A DNA stretch of 64,000 nucleotides from Magallana gigas (lineage: Eukaryota), in the NCBI RefSeq assembly GCF_963853765.1, contig NC_088858.1, forward strand, positions 50,778,001-50,842,000, given 5' to 3'. The first letter of the stretch is position 1. Every line of letters begins with the position of its first letter. The position numbers and the translations under genes were made by a program. Under the pieces are notes generated by a model. It was given only the letters and a program-made list of their open reading frames with translations. It was not told the DNA's origin and ran no database searches. This document shows, in pieces, positions 49,601-63,822 of this stretch.

Positions 49601-50731
49601 CAGTGTACTGCACAAACGGAAACGGAACTGTCATTCGCCGATCTAAATGTCAAAATGTGCCCGTACCCACGGGGTCCCGGGAGTGTGATAATGCGGACTG
49701 TAAAGTAGAATGGATTACCTCCAAGTGGACCAAGGTTAGTGGGGACGATAAGTACTCAAATCTAAGTCAACTTATGTCAGAAAACAAGATATAGTTAATA
49801 CATTAGTAACGATTTTAGATTTTAAAAAATTAAATATTTTTTTTCAGTGCAAACCCCATTGTACACCTCGAGGAAAGAAGTTTAGATCATTATCCTGTGT
49901 GTGGAAAAGAACACAAAAGTTCGCTTACTCTCAGTGTTCGTCACTTCCACGTCCACAAGCATGGAAACAATGCAAATCTAATTGTAAAAAAGGTGAATTA
50001 TCTTTTAAATTCATTACAGGTTAATTTAATAATATAATTTGTTGTAATTTTTACCCATGAGCTCTCGAGTTATCAGATGCCGACTTTTAATACATGTACA
50101 TGTTGTTTAATACGGTCTATCGAAAAAAAAACAAATCATATTTTGATTTAACCTTAATATTATTCACAATAAAATTATTATCAATGGTAATTCTTACAAT
50201 TTTATGCACTCACCGTCTACATTTTAAAAATCAGTTCCATTGTATTTGATAAAATTAATAAAGTCTGCAACTCCAAATTTATTTCGGCCAAAAGTAGTAA
50301 AATTTAATTTTATGCATATAGTATACATATATCTGGGCAAGATTTTTTATTGTAACTATAATTTAGAAAAAAGGAATAATTTAATAGTTGAATAATGTAG
50401 GTTATTTTTATCTTTGAATGGCTTTGATGGAGAGCGCTCAATACACAAACGGAAAACTATTTTTTTTAAATTCTGTTACCAAGTTTTAGTGATCTGACAC
50501 ATGGAAAATGGCCTCAAAATGCAAAGTTCTTCTTTCATTTGGCTTATAATCACCATTAGGTAATTAGGATGATTTAAATAAAGACATATAATGATCCTCA
50601 TATGTGAATTTTCTCTTGCAGAGTGTCACGACCATTCCAGGTATTGTTCACTGGTAGGACGGTTAAAGATGTGTCGATACGAGACGTTCCGAGAGAAGTG
50701 CTGCCAAACATGCAAACGTGTGACAGAATGA
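43662..50731 (+). CDS. ADAMTS-like (punctin/MADD-4/ADAMTSL1-3-like) extracellular matrix protein, ~727 aa
   Basis: Ten coding exons: 43662-43691, 46554-46712, 46809-47042, 47180-47329, 47811-47944, 48274-48478, 48613-49446, 49552-49734, 49848-49992, 50622-50731 (2184 nt, frame-consistent). Signal peptide MWMVLCLTLLVCPFETTA; TSP1 WSGWSEWSMCSKSCDGG; Cys-rich DGTKCG and LGCDG...CGVCGGDGSKC; further TSP1 repeats; one Ig domain; PLAC (CHDHSRYC...CCQTC). No metalloprotease domain. AATAAA 51032-51037. Confidence 0.9.
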
Positions 50732-53689
50732 GTCGTTCCTACCCAGTGTATTTTAGCTGTATTGTTATCATGTTCGGTAGATAAAAAACAAGAGATGGGA
50801 AAATCATAGCATATGCCGCTCCTTCAGAATGATGCAAGGTTATTCCCGACCAAGGTCAGATGGACGTCTTAACTGTGTACAGGTTTTACAAGATTCTTCT
50901 GAACATATACGATATATAACGAATATAATTATACATTTACAACTAAGCAGAATGTGAGCTGTTTCAAATCGTTTTATTTTGTACTGATTTCTTTTTTACA
51001 CAGAATTTAATTTTGGAAGTCATTTAAATGTAATAAAAATTGGAAACACTGAATTGTGTCTGCGATTATTCGCTCTATATTAAATATGATCTTTTCTACA
51101 TATACACTAGTGTGGGCAGTGTTCTTGTCTTTTGATATTTTAACAACAAAGGTTTCAAAATTCGTGGTAACATTGCGACTTGATTGTCATTTATAAATTA
51201 AAGTATCCGAAATGAAGGCTTGGCAAAAACTAATACCATTACAACTTTTAGATTTTTACCATCTCCTTAAGGCACTAAATGATTCAAACAATGAAGATGG
51301 ATATGAAAAATAACTGAAACCAATTAATCGTTTAACATGAAGCGTCAGTGAATCAACAGGTAAACAAATCTGAGCTGTTTAGTAATGAACCTTAGAAGCC
51401 TTACCTTTCATTCTATAAGTCTGCTGTTCGTCATGGCGCCGTGCTCTTACACAAGCTTTCGTCGTGCTGAAACTGACGCTTGTGCCGTGCGAAGGTCTTT
51501 GGTAGCACCCAGCGTTATGAAAGGTGAAATCATCATAAGGCCAGATTACCAAAGAAAAAGCACAGCCAAATATGTCTTAAGTCCCGGCAATGACAGAAAC
51601 AGGGGCTTAGTTTGCCAGAAGGATAGACTGCCTTTCGATCTATGCTACTTGTTTTTTCTGTTCTATATAAATACATTTGACAAAGAGCGTTTTTAAACCA
51701 AAAGAGCCCGTATGCCTCGTACGCGCCCTTTCCCTTATGCCGAGCTACATTTACAGTATTGTGTGTCCTTTGTGACTGATGAAATGTTATATAAATTCAG
51801 ACACATCAAACTCGCTCACATTCCAAGCCCAGGGAGTCAGATGTCTGATCACCCGTATAGACTCTCACTGTCAGAGATTTCAAATGTGGAAATTCTTTAC
51901 CTCCCTCGTCGAACGCTTTGATAGAACCATTATTTTGAAGCTTAAAAATATGAAATTCGTCCTGTTCATTGTTGCAACCTTATCACATATAATTGATATT
52001 CGTCTAATCCATTGCATTGTCCTTTGTGACATTCACATGACATTCCAGTTAACCATTAACCAAACTGAATCAGTTGGATTTGGTAACCGTTTTAATAATC
52101 TAAAAATTATACTAGAACATACCGAAAATCTACTTACGCATCCTTACAAAATTTCGTATTTTGATATATATTGTTTTATTGCGCGATTTTTATAGGACAC
52201 TTTGTAAAAAACGATACATCGTTGCAGTGACAAAGGTAGGTAGATATAAAACATCATATAATACGATAACTTTTAAATGTATTTGCCTTCTTCCGACGAC
52301 TACCTAAAAGGCAAAGCAAGACGTATGTTGCCAACAAAATCCATGCACAAATATTGATGTGAATATTTTTGTTAAATATTTCCTTTACGCGCAACTTTGA
52401 AAAAAATCATTTTCTCTGCCTACCGACTCGAAGTTTAAAGATTTTGTCATAGGATTTTCAAAAGATACATGTAGCTTATAATTACAATTAATATTACCAT
52501 GTTCATGAAAAGATATCTGACGTTTATGTATATATGTCTACAGTGCCCTCGCTTTGTTAAAATTTTTAATTGCTCAAATTATTATGCAACCACAGATAAT
52601 TTGCCTGCGTTTGAACAACGAATCGAATCACCAACATTACACAGTGGCCAAAATAATCTTTATCAGTTAAAAAAAAATGCACTGGTGTGTCGAGCCACCT
52701 TATTAAGCAAAACATGCATTTTATTTTTTCATCCATATAGAGACGTGAAATTGGGAAATGTAGGCAGGGTTTTGATAAGAAGATCGAGATTTAACAGATA
52801 TAAGGTCCTATAGTATGTTGGTGATATATAGTATTCTATCCAATGCAAAATAATGGGATACAAGTCAAAAAAACCAATGGACGGCTGCGCTTGATTTTTT
52901 TTTTAAATGTGAACATCTATTGACCACATCTCTATTTTGAATAACAAACACCTAGAGATTTCTCTTTTTTCCAATGGCTATGTATTAAAAGAATCCGGCG
53001 CTCTTTAAACAAATGATTTTAATCAGAGCTCCATTAAACTCAATTTTCTATTCAAACAAAAAAACCTCTTTTTAATATTTTGTGTACACATTGTTGCTTA
53101 AATTTGCTTCTTTAAACACCGCATAAAACTTTCCAGTTTTGATTGTAATTGAAATTCATATGACATCTTTTCAATCTTTCAATATGTACCGACTCTCTTC
53201 AAAAGAAAAATTACGAATTGCGGATATAAAACATTCATCATTTACATAAGAAATTTTTAAAATATTAATTTCTAGTATACACCTACATGCACCTCATAAT
53301 GATACATCATATATAACCACAAAAATATGAGGGTTGCAATTAGAATTAAACCACGCACTATAAACACTGTGTCGGATATTTAATCCAGTGCCAAGTTTAC
53401 ATTTTTGCACCCGTCTAATCGAAAATATTCCATATGACGGACAATTTCTTAAAGAATTTAAAATGATTTTAACAGGAACTTGGACTTTGGGTAGTTTTGT
53501 CAAACAGCAAAGTGACGTATGTCTGTTGACCACTAGCCATGGCTTTTTGAAATCAACAAGATTGTTCTGGCTTTTGAGCAAAGACTACACAATCTGTGTA
53601 TATTTCATTTGAAACCAGCGTCATTTTTAACTTGTTTTGCTACAAGAAAAAGATAGTTACATCTTTAACCTCTAAGGTTAGATACAATT

Positions 53690-54000
53690 CCTACAGGAAA
53701 ACAAGTTTTCATAAAGAAAAACAATTTTCCTGTAGGATATTTGTAATTTCCTACCGGAATAAAAGAACTTCCAAATGAAATTGAAATTTCGATTGGATTT
53801 GAACAAAACTCCCAAAGGATTTTAAAATCCTATACGAAATTTCCCATAGGAAAACTACCTTTCTGTATCAAACTACTGCAGAAAATACTCCTCTCCTATA
53901 GGAAATATTATTCCTGTACGATTTTTGGAAAATCCTATGGGAATTTCAATATTTCTTGTACAAAAATTATTCTCTTGTAGGAAATATTATTTTCTATGGC
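53690..54000. repeat. Degenerate array of a TTTCCTA(T/C)AGGAAA-like palindromic motif
   Basis: About ten variants (ttcctacaggaaa, tttcctgtagga, tcccataggaaa, ctcctataggaaat); probably an old foldback/MITE remnant. Confidence 0.55.
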
Positions 54001-54385
54001 ATATTAATTTTAAACGGTAAATATCTCACCTGTCATCAGACAAATGTATCATATCATTATCAGTGAAATACTAGCCAGGATGTATGTAAGGTATAGACAG
54101 TCTATAAATTTTGTGCAAAATTGAGCATTGTGTTCTGTGTACTGTGTCGGATTTGGGGAGGGGGGTTAGTTTGAAAATAAAATAATTAAATCATAATTTT
54201 TGACTTCCTACATCACCAACTATTTCTTTCATTCCTTAAGTCATGATTTTTAAAAAAAATAAGTTAATATATCATTTCGATCAATTGAACTAAAACCACA
54301 TGAACCAGATGCTAAACGAGTTGTTTAACGTACGATTTATTTCTATTTTGAACACGTGACCCACTGAGAACAGACATAAACAAAA

Positions 54386-57110
54386 ATGGCGACTAATTTT
54401 CTGAACAACGAAGGAAAAGTTTGTCCGGCGAAAGTTTTACAAGGAATCCCTGTCATCAGCAACAAGATAATGGAATATCTTCCTATGACGTCACTTCACG
54501 CCTGTGCTCGGTATGAACTCTTCTGTAAATTGTACGGAAACAAAATGAAAATGTATTGAGACAAGAATCTACTTTCAATTTCAGCTAACAAATTCATAAT
54601 CATTACCCAACAAGCTGATTACTTATGTTGTTATTGTAGGGTTTGTCGCATCTGGAACGATATTGTCAAAAGCATCAAACAGAAGAGGAGGGATTTAAAA
54701 TGGATTTGTATTCAAGGAACGGGAATGGAAGACCAGCAAGTTCAGACCATTTCATCAGAACTAATGCTTCTGTTCGAGGTAAGGAATTGACGATAGTATC
54801 ACTATTAGACGCAAACATTGGAAGTTTGATTTTGCATTTCCATGAGCTCTATCTCTTATCACTATTGCATTTGATGTAATTTACCCACAAAGATCTGATT
54901 TACATGTATAGCACTTGCTATGAGGACAATATATAGCAAGTCTTCCTCTACAGCAATTCATTATTGCATGGATTTTCCAAGTCAAAGCCTCGGGATATAA
55001 TAGCTTTTTTAGGGTATAATAAACTTGTTATCGTCCATTATTATAGTCAGTAAACTAGTATTTAAACTAAAAAAATTGTTGACACTGAAAAAAATTGTTG
55101 ATGATACAGCCTTTGCTGATGGTATACAAGTTCACACTGAATAATTACCATTACTATTCACCATTGGCAAACAGCATGGATAATAACTAAAACCATGTGT
55201 GACTCATTAGATACATGTAAATACCATTTCAAACAACCAAACATTGACTGCCCTCTATTTACCATGTAATATTTAGTTAACCATGAATAGTTTAAAACTT
55301 GTGTAAAAGAGGGTGGGTATCTACATGTATTTTACCCTGTATGCTATAGCTTTTCTCCAGTTTCTCAAAATATGTTTTTCATACTTCTCTTTTCAGAACC
55401 TGACATGTGAGCCTGCCTATTTGTTTGTGTTTTGTACCTCTGCCCTGTTTGAGCAACATCTTTATGCTCCTTCCAAAAACCAGACACGAAGACCTCGCCA
55501 GTGTCAACAGCAGGCTTATGATGTAAACAGTTATATTACGTCCCTCGCACCTCCATCCTGCAGGTGTTATTCAGTGGCAGCAGATGGTATCATTGGTATG
55601 GAAATATTTACACAACTTTATATTAAAAATGATATTAACCTTGGTTTAATTGCTATATAAGCCATATACTGTAAACCAACTTTTATACGCGAGTGAGAAA
55701 ATTTCACAAGGTTCACGAGAACCTTGTAGCCGCAAATATCTCTTGCTGCAAACCAGCCTTTGGTGTATGGTTGTAATCACAACACAGATTTAGAAAAGAC
55801 TTTCTCATGAAAATTGGTCATAGTGAACCAGTTTGTGTACAGTAAATGTGAAATAATTATAATGTTGTCACGAATTAATGTTGGTTTACAGATAACTGTT
55901 GCAGTATAAAGCATTACTGCAGTATTACCCCATTAGAGCCATTGAAGGTATAAAAATCTGTCTGGCATGAAATGAATAACTTTGTACATTGTAATTTGAT
56001 TTATTGTTTATTTTTACAGGAAGCACTGGCAACAAATCAGTAGAAATAGAACACTCCCCACTGGCCGTGACATGTTTAGCAATTCCCAAAATAAATGGAC
56101 TGGAAATTTATGATTTTTTTATTGATCTGAACAAACACATTTCTCCACTGAATCCAGAAATCCCAGAGCAGTTTAATGTAGAGGATGTGACTTCAGTGCC
56201 GTGTGATCAGGAGGTCAAGGCTATTCTGTTTTTCTCTGACCTTCACTTCTGTCCTCAAGAGATCCAGCTTGGCCTCTTGGACTACTACAATGGATGCCCG
56301 GTGGTAGGGGGTTATGTTGATCACATTCTGTCCACTGATTTGGATAATGACTCAGAGTAAGTGTCAGCTGTTTAATGTTTGTGATGAAGTTCAAAAGCAA
56401 ATTTTTGCTATGAAAAGCTGTTGGAGTAATGAATGTCATACTCCATCTTTTTTTTTGCACTAGTTATTTTCCTATAAATTGTCTTCTTTATAAGCTCCAT
56501 TATGGACAGTAATGACATTCACGCAACAAATATTTTTTATCTACTGGTACATGTAGCTCATTAAGGGTTTTTCTGTTTTTTGTATAATAGAAACATAACC
56601 CACATTTCATCTTTTAACATGGATGAAAAAAATCTTTGACTTAGTTGTAAGAGTTACTGTTCTTTGACAGTTTGATCCATATATTGCAGTGTTCCAGACT
56701 CACAGGTTCGCTGCATTGCTTTGTGCGGACCCAATGTACATGTGGCTTCTGTCGTCATCAAAGACGATGTCAGTGACCAAAAGCAAATCGAGAAAGAACT
56801 CTTTAAACTCAAGGACTGCAACCTACCAATGGACACTACTTTTGCTTTTATGTTTGCCTGTCTCGGCAGGGGGAAGTCGTTTCATCGTAACCAGGAAAAT
56901 GTGGAGTCCTCAATATTTAGGAAGGTTTTTCCTCAGACGCCGTTATTTGGTTTCTTTGGCAACGGAGAGATTGGCATGAATTATCTACAACCGTTTGATT
57001 CCGCTGGAAGCTTTTCTAAGACAAAAAAGACAAAGTTCAGCAGGCACCATCCAAAACTCTCTCATGCTTATACTTCTATTTTCTTGTTAGTGTCTGTTAC
57101 CTCTGGCTAA
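54386..57110 (+). CDS. FBXO22: F-box only protein 22 (F-box + FIST domain), ~406 aa
   Basis: Exons 54386-54510, 54640-54778, 55397-55595, 56020-56356, 56690-57110 (1221 nt, GT-AG, frame-consistent). F-box IMEYLPMTSLHACARVCRIW; FIST_C FMFACLGRG...FRKVFPQTPLFGFFGNGEIG. Confidence 0.88.
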
Positions 57111-57594
57111 ATTGTTGTGCATATATTGATATATTAAACATATTTCATGAGTGTGTGCGATTTCAACTAATTTTTGATGGTTTTATTTTCTCTTTTATTA
57201 ACATTATACTATATACAGGGAAATATTTGCCCCTGTTTTATTTTCGCCTGTATACAGTAACCATAGAAACAGTAATATTTTCAACAGCGTACAGTATTAT
57301 CATACACATGATTCCACAAAGAGATAATAATATACATATAGATATAGTAATTTATTTTGCTTTTTTTGATTCCATAAGTTAAGGAGATGATAATACACGT
57401 ATAAATCTAAAAAAAATATATACAATTTGATAACGTTTTGCGTTTCGTTTGCTATTGTACAAGGGATAATTTAAGGAAAATAAAGTATTGAAAGAGTTGT
57501 AGAATAGAATCATACAAGGATTTTCCAAATTTTCTCCGTCGCTCTCCAGCATCTCAAATATTGGACTGTGGACCATGCAAGGCTACATTGATAA

Positions 57595-58275
57595 ATGCCG
57601 CTTATTGTTTTTAGGCAGACTACACCGATCAGACCAAAAATTTTACAAAATCGGATTTATAGGTTTATTTCTGATGTTCATGTAACTGAAAAACTTTTTG
57701 CAACGAAGAACTTGTTACAAACAGCTAAGAAATATAAGCTCTTCGATGTGATTTTTAACGACTGTAATATTATTTTTAACAAAAAAGAATATTCAAAATT
57801 GGTTATCAAATCAATTTGGGCAGAGGAAGAAAAACAATGGCATAGCTCTCTCTGTGTGAACCCTGAACTCTCTTTTTTTAGTAGAATACATACGAATTTG
57901 TGCCCTAATAAGCTTTGGCAGATTGCTAAAGAGGAACCGTTGATCAACTTTTTAGTACAAGTTTCATCAATGAAAACTATATGTAAAACTTGTCCTTTAT
58001 GTTATAAGGAAACAGATAGCTATAATATGCACCTTGTTTTAAGCTGATATAATCTTTTAGAAGACAGAGAAATTATGCTTGAAAACATTTTAGAATTTCT
58101 TGATGTCAACGAATATATATTGTTTGAAAATCAAGATCTAGAATTACAGTTTTTATCCCTTATGGGATGTGTCAATGGTACAAGTTTTGAAAATATATCG
58201 TATACAAAATGGAAACAGATTATGTTAATCGTTGCATTTATGTTGTATATAAAAACAGAGGTTTCTTTGCAATAG
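57595..58275 (+). pseudogene. Decayed non-LTR retrotransposon (LINE) 3' coding remnant
   Basis: Post-RT C-terminal-like sequence (IW.EEE..W, CPLC zinc-knuckle-like) broken into two ORFs; clade not determined. Confidence 0.5.
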
Positions 58276-59164
58276 ATTGCCGTAATCTATAAATGTCTTA
58301 TCAAAATATGTACTTATATAAATATGTTTTGTTTCTGTTCTATTTTCACTTGAGTTTATAATTTGATTATGTAATACTCTCCATTAATTTGGAGGAAATA
58401 AAGAATATCTTATCTTATGTATCTATTTTTCTAATTGAATATATATAGATAGAAAGCCAACGCTAGCATGGTGGGCCACCAGTCATCTACCACAGTTTTC
58501 ATTACCCTCATGCTAGCTAGACAGTGCCCACATCTGGCATGTGGACCTGATGGCAAATTATAAACATATACAAATTTTCTTTAAAGTTTCTTAATTTGTA
58601 AATAAATTGTACGGTTTCTTTGCAATATCTTGATAAGTTTTCAAAGATAATATCACAAAGTTATATAAAGTTTCTCTATCTTATTTCGAATTCGTAAATC
58701 AACGTATACATTTCATTTTGTATTCATAAATTTCATTGCTGTATATGAAATTAGTGTATTCACACCATCTGAGTTTCCTAAAAGCCTATGGCCATGTGTT
58801 TCTAACTAACAACAAAACCAACAATAGAGATTATTTTTTGCCATATGAATGAAGAGTCATTACAATCGTATAACAAGTGCTTCACAGTTTCAATCTCTCC
58901 ACAGTTTTCATAAGACAATTTTTACATTTGAATTCCATTTACTCACACATAAGTTTTTATTCAAAATAAATTCAAAATATTGTGCAGTAATTTATAATTA
59001 AATTCAGCAATTTGCTTATTATGCAATTTTAGCTCACCAACACGAAGTCGGGGGAAGCTTATGCTATACCCCCGGCGTCGGCGTCTGGAACTGGTTAAAG
59101 TTTTGTTGCAGGTCCTCTATCTAAGTTATTACTTGTCCTATCTTCACCAACTTGCATGAATGAT

Positions 59165-60140
59165 GCATCTGGACCTAATGATATAACACGATTCCTATGA
59201 TAAAGTATTGTATGATATGATACACTTTTGTTTTTATGATTCAATAAATTATGTCATATATTATATTGTTAAAAGTTATATGATACGATATGATATCGTA
59301 TCATTTTTATACATTATGATATGATATTGTATCATGATATTGTTATGTATAATATTGTATATTATGATACAATATTGTATAATATGATATTGTATTATAT
59401 ATTAATTTATCACATGCTATTGTCTCATATGATATTGCAATATATATTTATTGTATCATATAATACGATATTGTATAATATAATAAATAATATCGTATCA
59501 TATGATATTGTATAATATGATATTGCTTTTATATAATATATACTGAAATCACATGAAATTGTATTATATGATACTGTTATATATTAATATACTTCAAAAT
59601 AATATCGTATGTTATAGTTTTGTGATGTTTTTTGGATATGATATTGAATCATTTAATTCTATATCGTTACATATATTATTTATTATGATAAAAAAAACAT
59701 TGAACTTTATTTATTTTACAACGATTGATAAGCAAGTTCTACAACTTATATTAATATCCCTCGTTGGCACGGATGTTAGCGCGAAGGGGTCATTGGTGTG
59801 GGAAGAAGCCGGAGTACCCGGAGAGAATCCACGTGTCCAAGCGGGCGACCGCCATACCCTATCACATACCACCACTGTCGATCACGGGGATCGATCTCTT
59901 ATTATTATATTTATTATGATATTGTATTATGTGATCAAATACAATAATGTATGACATGATACAATGTCATATCATATGTTACAATATCATATTGCATCCA
60001 TATTTATTACAATAATTGTATTATATGATATAAATTGTAAGTACCATAGGATGCTATATCGTATTTTATATTATTGTATTGATAAACATTGTATCTTATA
60101 ATACTGTATGGAATTAACATATGATTATCATACAACTTTT
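59165..60140. repeat. AT-rich degenerate pentamer satellite (ATATG/ATACG/ATTGT)
   Basis: Long imperfect run of atatgatattgtat-type units. Confidence 0.8.
59700..59896 (-). mobile_element. 5'-truncated tRNA-derived SINE with V-type core domain
   Basis: The minus strand reads gatcgatcccc (B-box remnant)...ttctctccgggtactccggcttcttcccac (V-domain consensus-like); inserted in the AT satellite. Confidence 0.7.
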
Positions 60141-60299
60141 TAACATATGACATACGGTTTATTTTGTCAAAACACTATCCCTGAATATCATTAACTATGA
60201 TTCATTTAATATGATAAAGGTGGTGTCATAAGGTGATGCCTCATAAGGTGATGCCTCGTCTCGGTGAGCTTTGTAATCTGTGATTACCGAGTATCAAAC

Positions 60300-62750
60300 A
60301 TTTTACTTAAAAGAAATTACTTCTAAAGGCTTTAAAAATTTTATTTCAACAAAAATATTATAGAAAGTTGAAGATTTTAAGTTCGCATAGGAAATGTATG
60401 TATTTCCTTTCAGAAGTACATATTTTTTTCTAAATTGGCAAGGATAGGAATTCATATCTGTAAATCTTTCTTAATTTTTAAGTCTTTTGAAACAGTTAAA
60501 AGCACATATTGCCTCTTTATAGAAGGTCGGAAGTTTGTTAACCTCTTTGTAGTCACTTAAATTTTTTTAGTTAGTTTTTAGTATATACATGTTTTCTTGA
60601 GTCAATTTTTTCCTACATAGTTAATTCAGCAAAACTGCTTTTCTAGTTAATCGTGGAACCCATGATGCCTTGGACGCGTTCAGTTTAGATTCGAGGTCAG
60701 TTATGTTAATTGCTCCTTTATTTTCCTTTCCAATAAGAGTTTTTCTTTTTATACGATCTTTTTTACTCCACAAAAAGTTACAGATAGGTTTATATATTTG
60801 CTGGATGATTTTTATTAGTGGACTTGGAAGAATGGCTGCATTATATTGAAGTTTTGAAATGATCCATGTATTTATCATTTCTTTCTTTCCAAATAGAGTG
60901 TTTACCAATGAACCTAATATTTTGCTTATTTTATCAATTTTTTTCGAAACACTTAATTTTGTCGCGTCCTATTTATAGTCCCAATGTTTTAACCGTTTGT
61001 TTGTTACCTTTATATTTTCTAGGCTTTCGCATTAATTTTTTAGAGGACCTTGAAGTATGCATTTGGGTTTATCAATTTGAAGTTTTAGACCGGCTAATTC
61101 AGAAAATTATATATAAATTCAACTTCATTTTTCACAGATTCAAATCTTAAGGAGGTTGGCACCTAAAATGATAGTAATGTGAATCATCCAAAAACTACTT
61201 GGATATAAAGATGGGAACCTAAAATGTTCATTTAATTTATTTGTGACGCATTTCACATGCCATTTTTTTTTTTGGAAATATAAGGCCTCAAACAGAAATG
61301 ATAATTTTGCTGAAATTTTTGCTAAAATTTAACATGGATTTTGATAATTTGAAGAAATCAAACAAATATTCATAGTTTAAACTATTATTTAACTAGGATT
61401 TTGATACAGTATGAAGTTGAACACGCGTAGTGACTATAAAAGTAAAATCCAAGTCGAAGTTTTAAAAAAGATTGCTTTACTGGTGGCTTCAAAGGCCATT
61501 ACATAATGAACACAACAACAGATGTTACAAATTTTTTGAGTAATCAAATCATAACGCAAACTGAAAAAATATAGTAATGTCATCTTTCCAAAACTTTGCA
61601 TACAAGTAGACATACATTTATTGTCTCATTTAAAAGTAAAACAAGTAGGGGTCACATCTCAAAAATTTGAGATAGAGTATGAAATAAGCTAATTTTAGGC
61701 CAAAATTGGAGTTAATTTTTTCTTAACTTCTATGAAATATAAGCTAAATATGCCAAAATATATCGATAGAAATATCAAAATATCAATATTTTTTTTAGAA
61801 CATTATGAATATATCGTAATACACAAACCATCTATAAGTTTGGTCTGCGCTGAAAATTAGGAAGCTAAAGTAACAGTACTCTAAAACTAGTGTGTTATGA
61901 AAATTGTTTATTTCTTTCTTGAAAACCTTCCGCCTCAACATTTAGACCCTTACTAAACTCTGTAAAAATGTTATTTTTGTAAAACAATTTTATTTAATAA
62001 AGATTATTTGGCATTGTAAAATATGAATATACATGTACTACTAGAATTAATATGTGATGCAGAATTTTCAGATTAAAGGTGACCCAAAATGGCTACCCAA
62101 AACCTAAGGAGCGAACCTCTTTAAAGTGTATTTGTTGAATCATCTGCATGTTGTACCTTTTTTATCTTTGCCAATTTTAAAACCATGTATTTCTTTCGAA
62201 CTTTTTAGACGAATAGCTAGTGTTTCTACCGTCAAAATAAAGAGTTATGAAGATAGTGGGCATCACTGTCTAATACCTCTGGTCATATTATACGTCTTAG
62301 AAATAAATCCATTATTTTTTACTCTGAATTTAGGGTTATTATACAATATTTGTATCCATTTGATAAAGTGTGGTCCAAAATTAAGAGCTTTTAATGTTTC
62401 AAGCATAAAAACCATTCTACAGTGTCGAAAGCTTCCTCAAAGTATAAAAAAAATTGATAGTTGTTTTGTGAATGATAGGGTCTATATATATGTTTCTCTA
62501 AATGAAGCACATTTATATAAATGTTGGCTGAATTTGTATATCTGAATCAATATATCATCAGTGTGTTTTAAACTTAAATGACTGTTCTTCCTTTTTGTAC
62601 CAATCAATCAGAAGAACATAATCAATTTTCAAGTTTGCACATCCAGTTTATTTATGCGCACGGTTATGATATATTTAATATTAGCAGTAATGGTTGTGTA
62701 ATAAAACTAAAAAATTAATACCATTTGTCTACTATTTTTAATCAATGTGT
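60300..62750 (-). pseudogene. Decayed L1/Tx1-clade LINE reverse transcriptase, interrupted at ~61330-62090
   Basis: Minus-strand motifs FDTVEW...NFGPHFIKWIQILYN; RGIRQ.CPLS; SKLQYNA...FLWSKKDRIKRKTLIG...ASWVPRL; many stops. Confidence 0.75.
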
Positions 62751-62831
62751 AGATTGTAGAGATATCTGTGGAAAACAGAGAATCACCAAGACTTAACTTT
62801 TCTTGCTACTACGTGAAAGTACAACTTTGCC

Positions 62832-63822
62832 CGGTGCGTCTTTTTACCCCAATGAACCCCAATGATACTCCAATGAACCCCAATGATACCCCAATGTTAC
62901 CCCAATGATACCCAAAAACACCTAATTATACCCCTATGATACCAAATGATATCCCAATGATACCCTAATGAACTTTGAAATATTAATACCCCAATGAAAC
63001 TAAATGTGTGCATAGTTAAAAGATCTTCTGTGCAAGCGTGTGAATAAACACCGTACATGTATATTATTAATATCAAGTGGGTTTTTTTCCTTTTTGTTTT
63101 TGTTCATTTTTGACCGAAAGTTTTCTTAATTCTTTTTTTAAAAACTATTCTTTAAAATTAAAATAAAAAATCCAAACCATGGCTGAATATTTAGAGGAGC
63201 TGGCAGGGTTTTAAAAAATCCACACTGAAATGGATGATATATTCAATTTGTTCCAATGTCAAATTTCTCTATATTTTTTATTACTGTCCCAAATAAGAAT
63301 TTAAAGCAATTGGGGAGCAAAATTAAAAAGCAGTTGGGGAGAGAGGGGGTTGTCTCATTCAACTTTCCTTTTTCTGCATTCATCATTTATTCGTAAAGAC
63401 GTAGAAGTAAAAACTGAAGTATTTCTCTAATGGAAAAGAATCGATATGTCTCTTTTTCTTAAAGTTATGTTGAACTAGCACAAATGACCAAAGCTCCCAT
63501 CAGGACATGATTACAGGTCACAGACAATCTTTGAGTCAAATTTTAGCTTAAAAAATTCTAATAATTTCCCATCACAAGATATGGCCCAATCGGTGAAAAA
63601 ACGGCGCGTAGTTGAAATTTCATTTGTGTAACATGTTGTTACATAAAATTCATTCAGTGTATCAATTATGAACATACTTAGTATCATTTGGGTATTTCAA
63701 AGTTCATTGGGGTATCATTGGGGTTCATTGGGGTATCATTGGGGTATCATTGGGGTTCATTGGGGTATCATTGGGGTTCATTGGGGTATCATTGGGGTTC
63801 ATTGGGGTAAAAAGACGCACCC
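62832..63822. mobile_element. 991-bp non-autonomous TIR element (Mutator-like) with 10-bp TSD
   Basis: TSD caactttgcc at 62822-62831 and 63823-63832; TIR (c/g)ggtgcgtctttttaccccaatg; ~165-bp inverted arms built of CCCCAATGA(TA/A) units. Confidence 0.88.

Noticed and set aside
48469-49794. 441-aa single ORF
   Set aside because: It reads through three intronic stretches; the real exons are 48613-49446 and 49552-49734.
59321-59954. Ile/Tyr/Leu-rich ORFs resembling membrane proteins
   Set aside because: They are translations of the AT satellite and of the antisense SINE.
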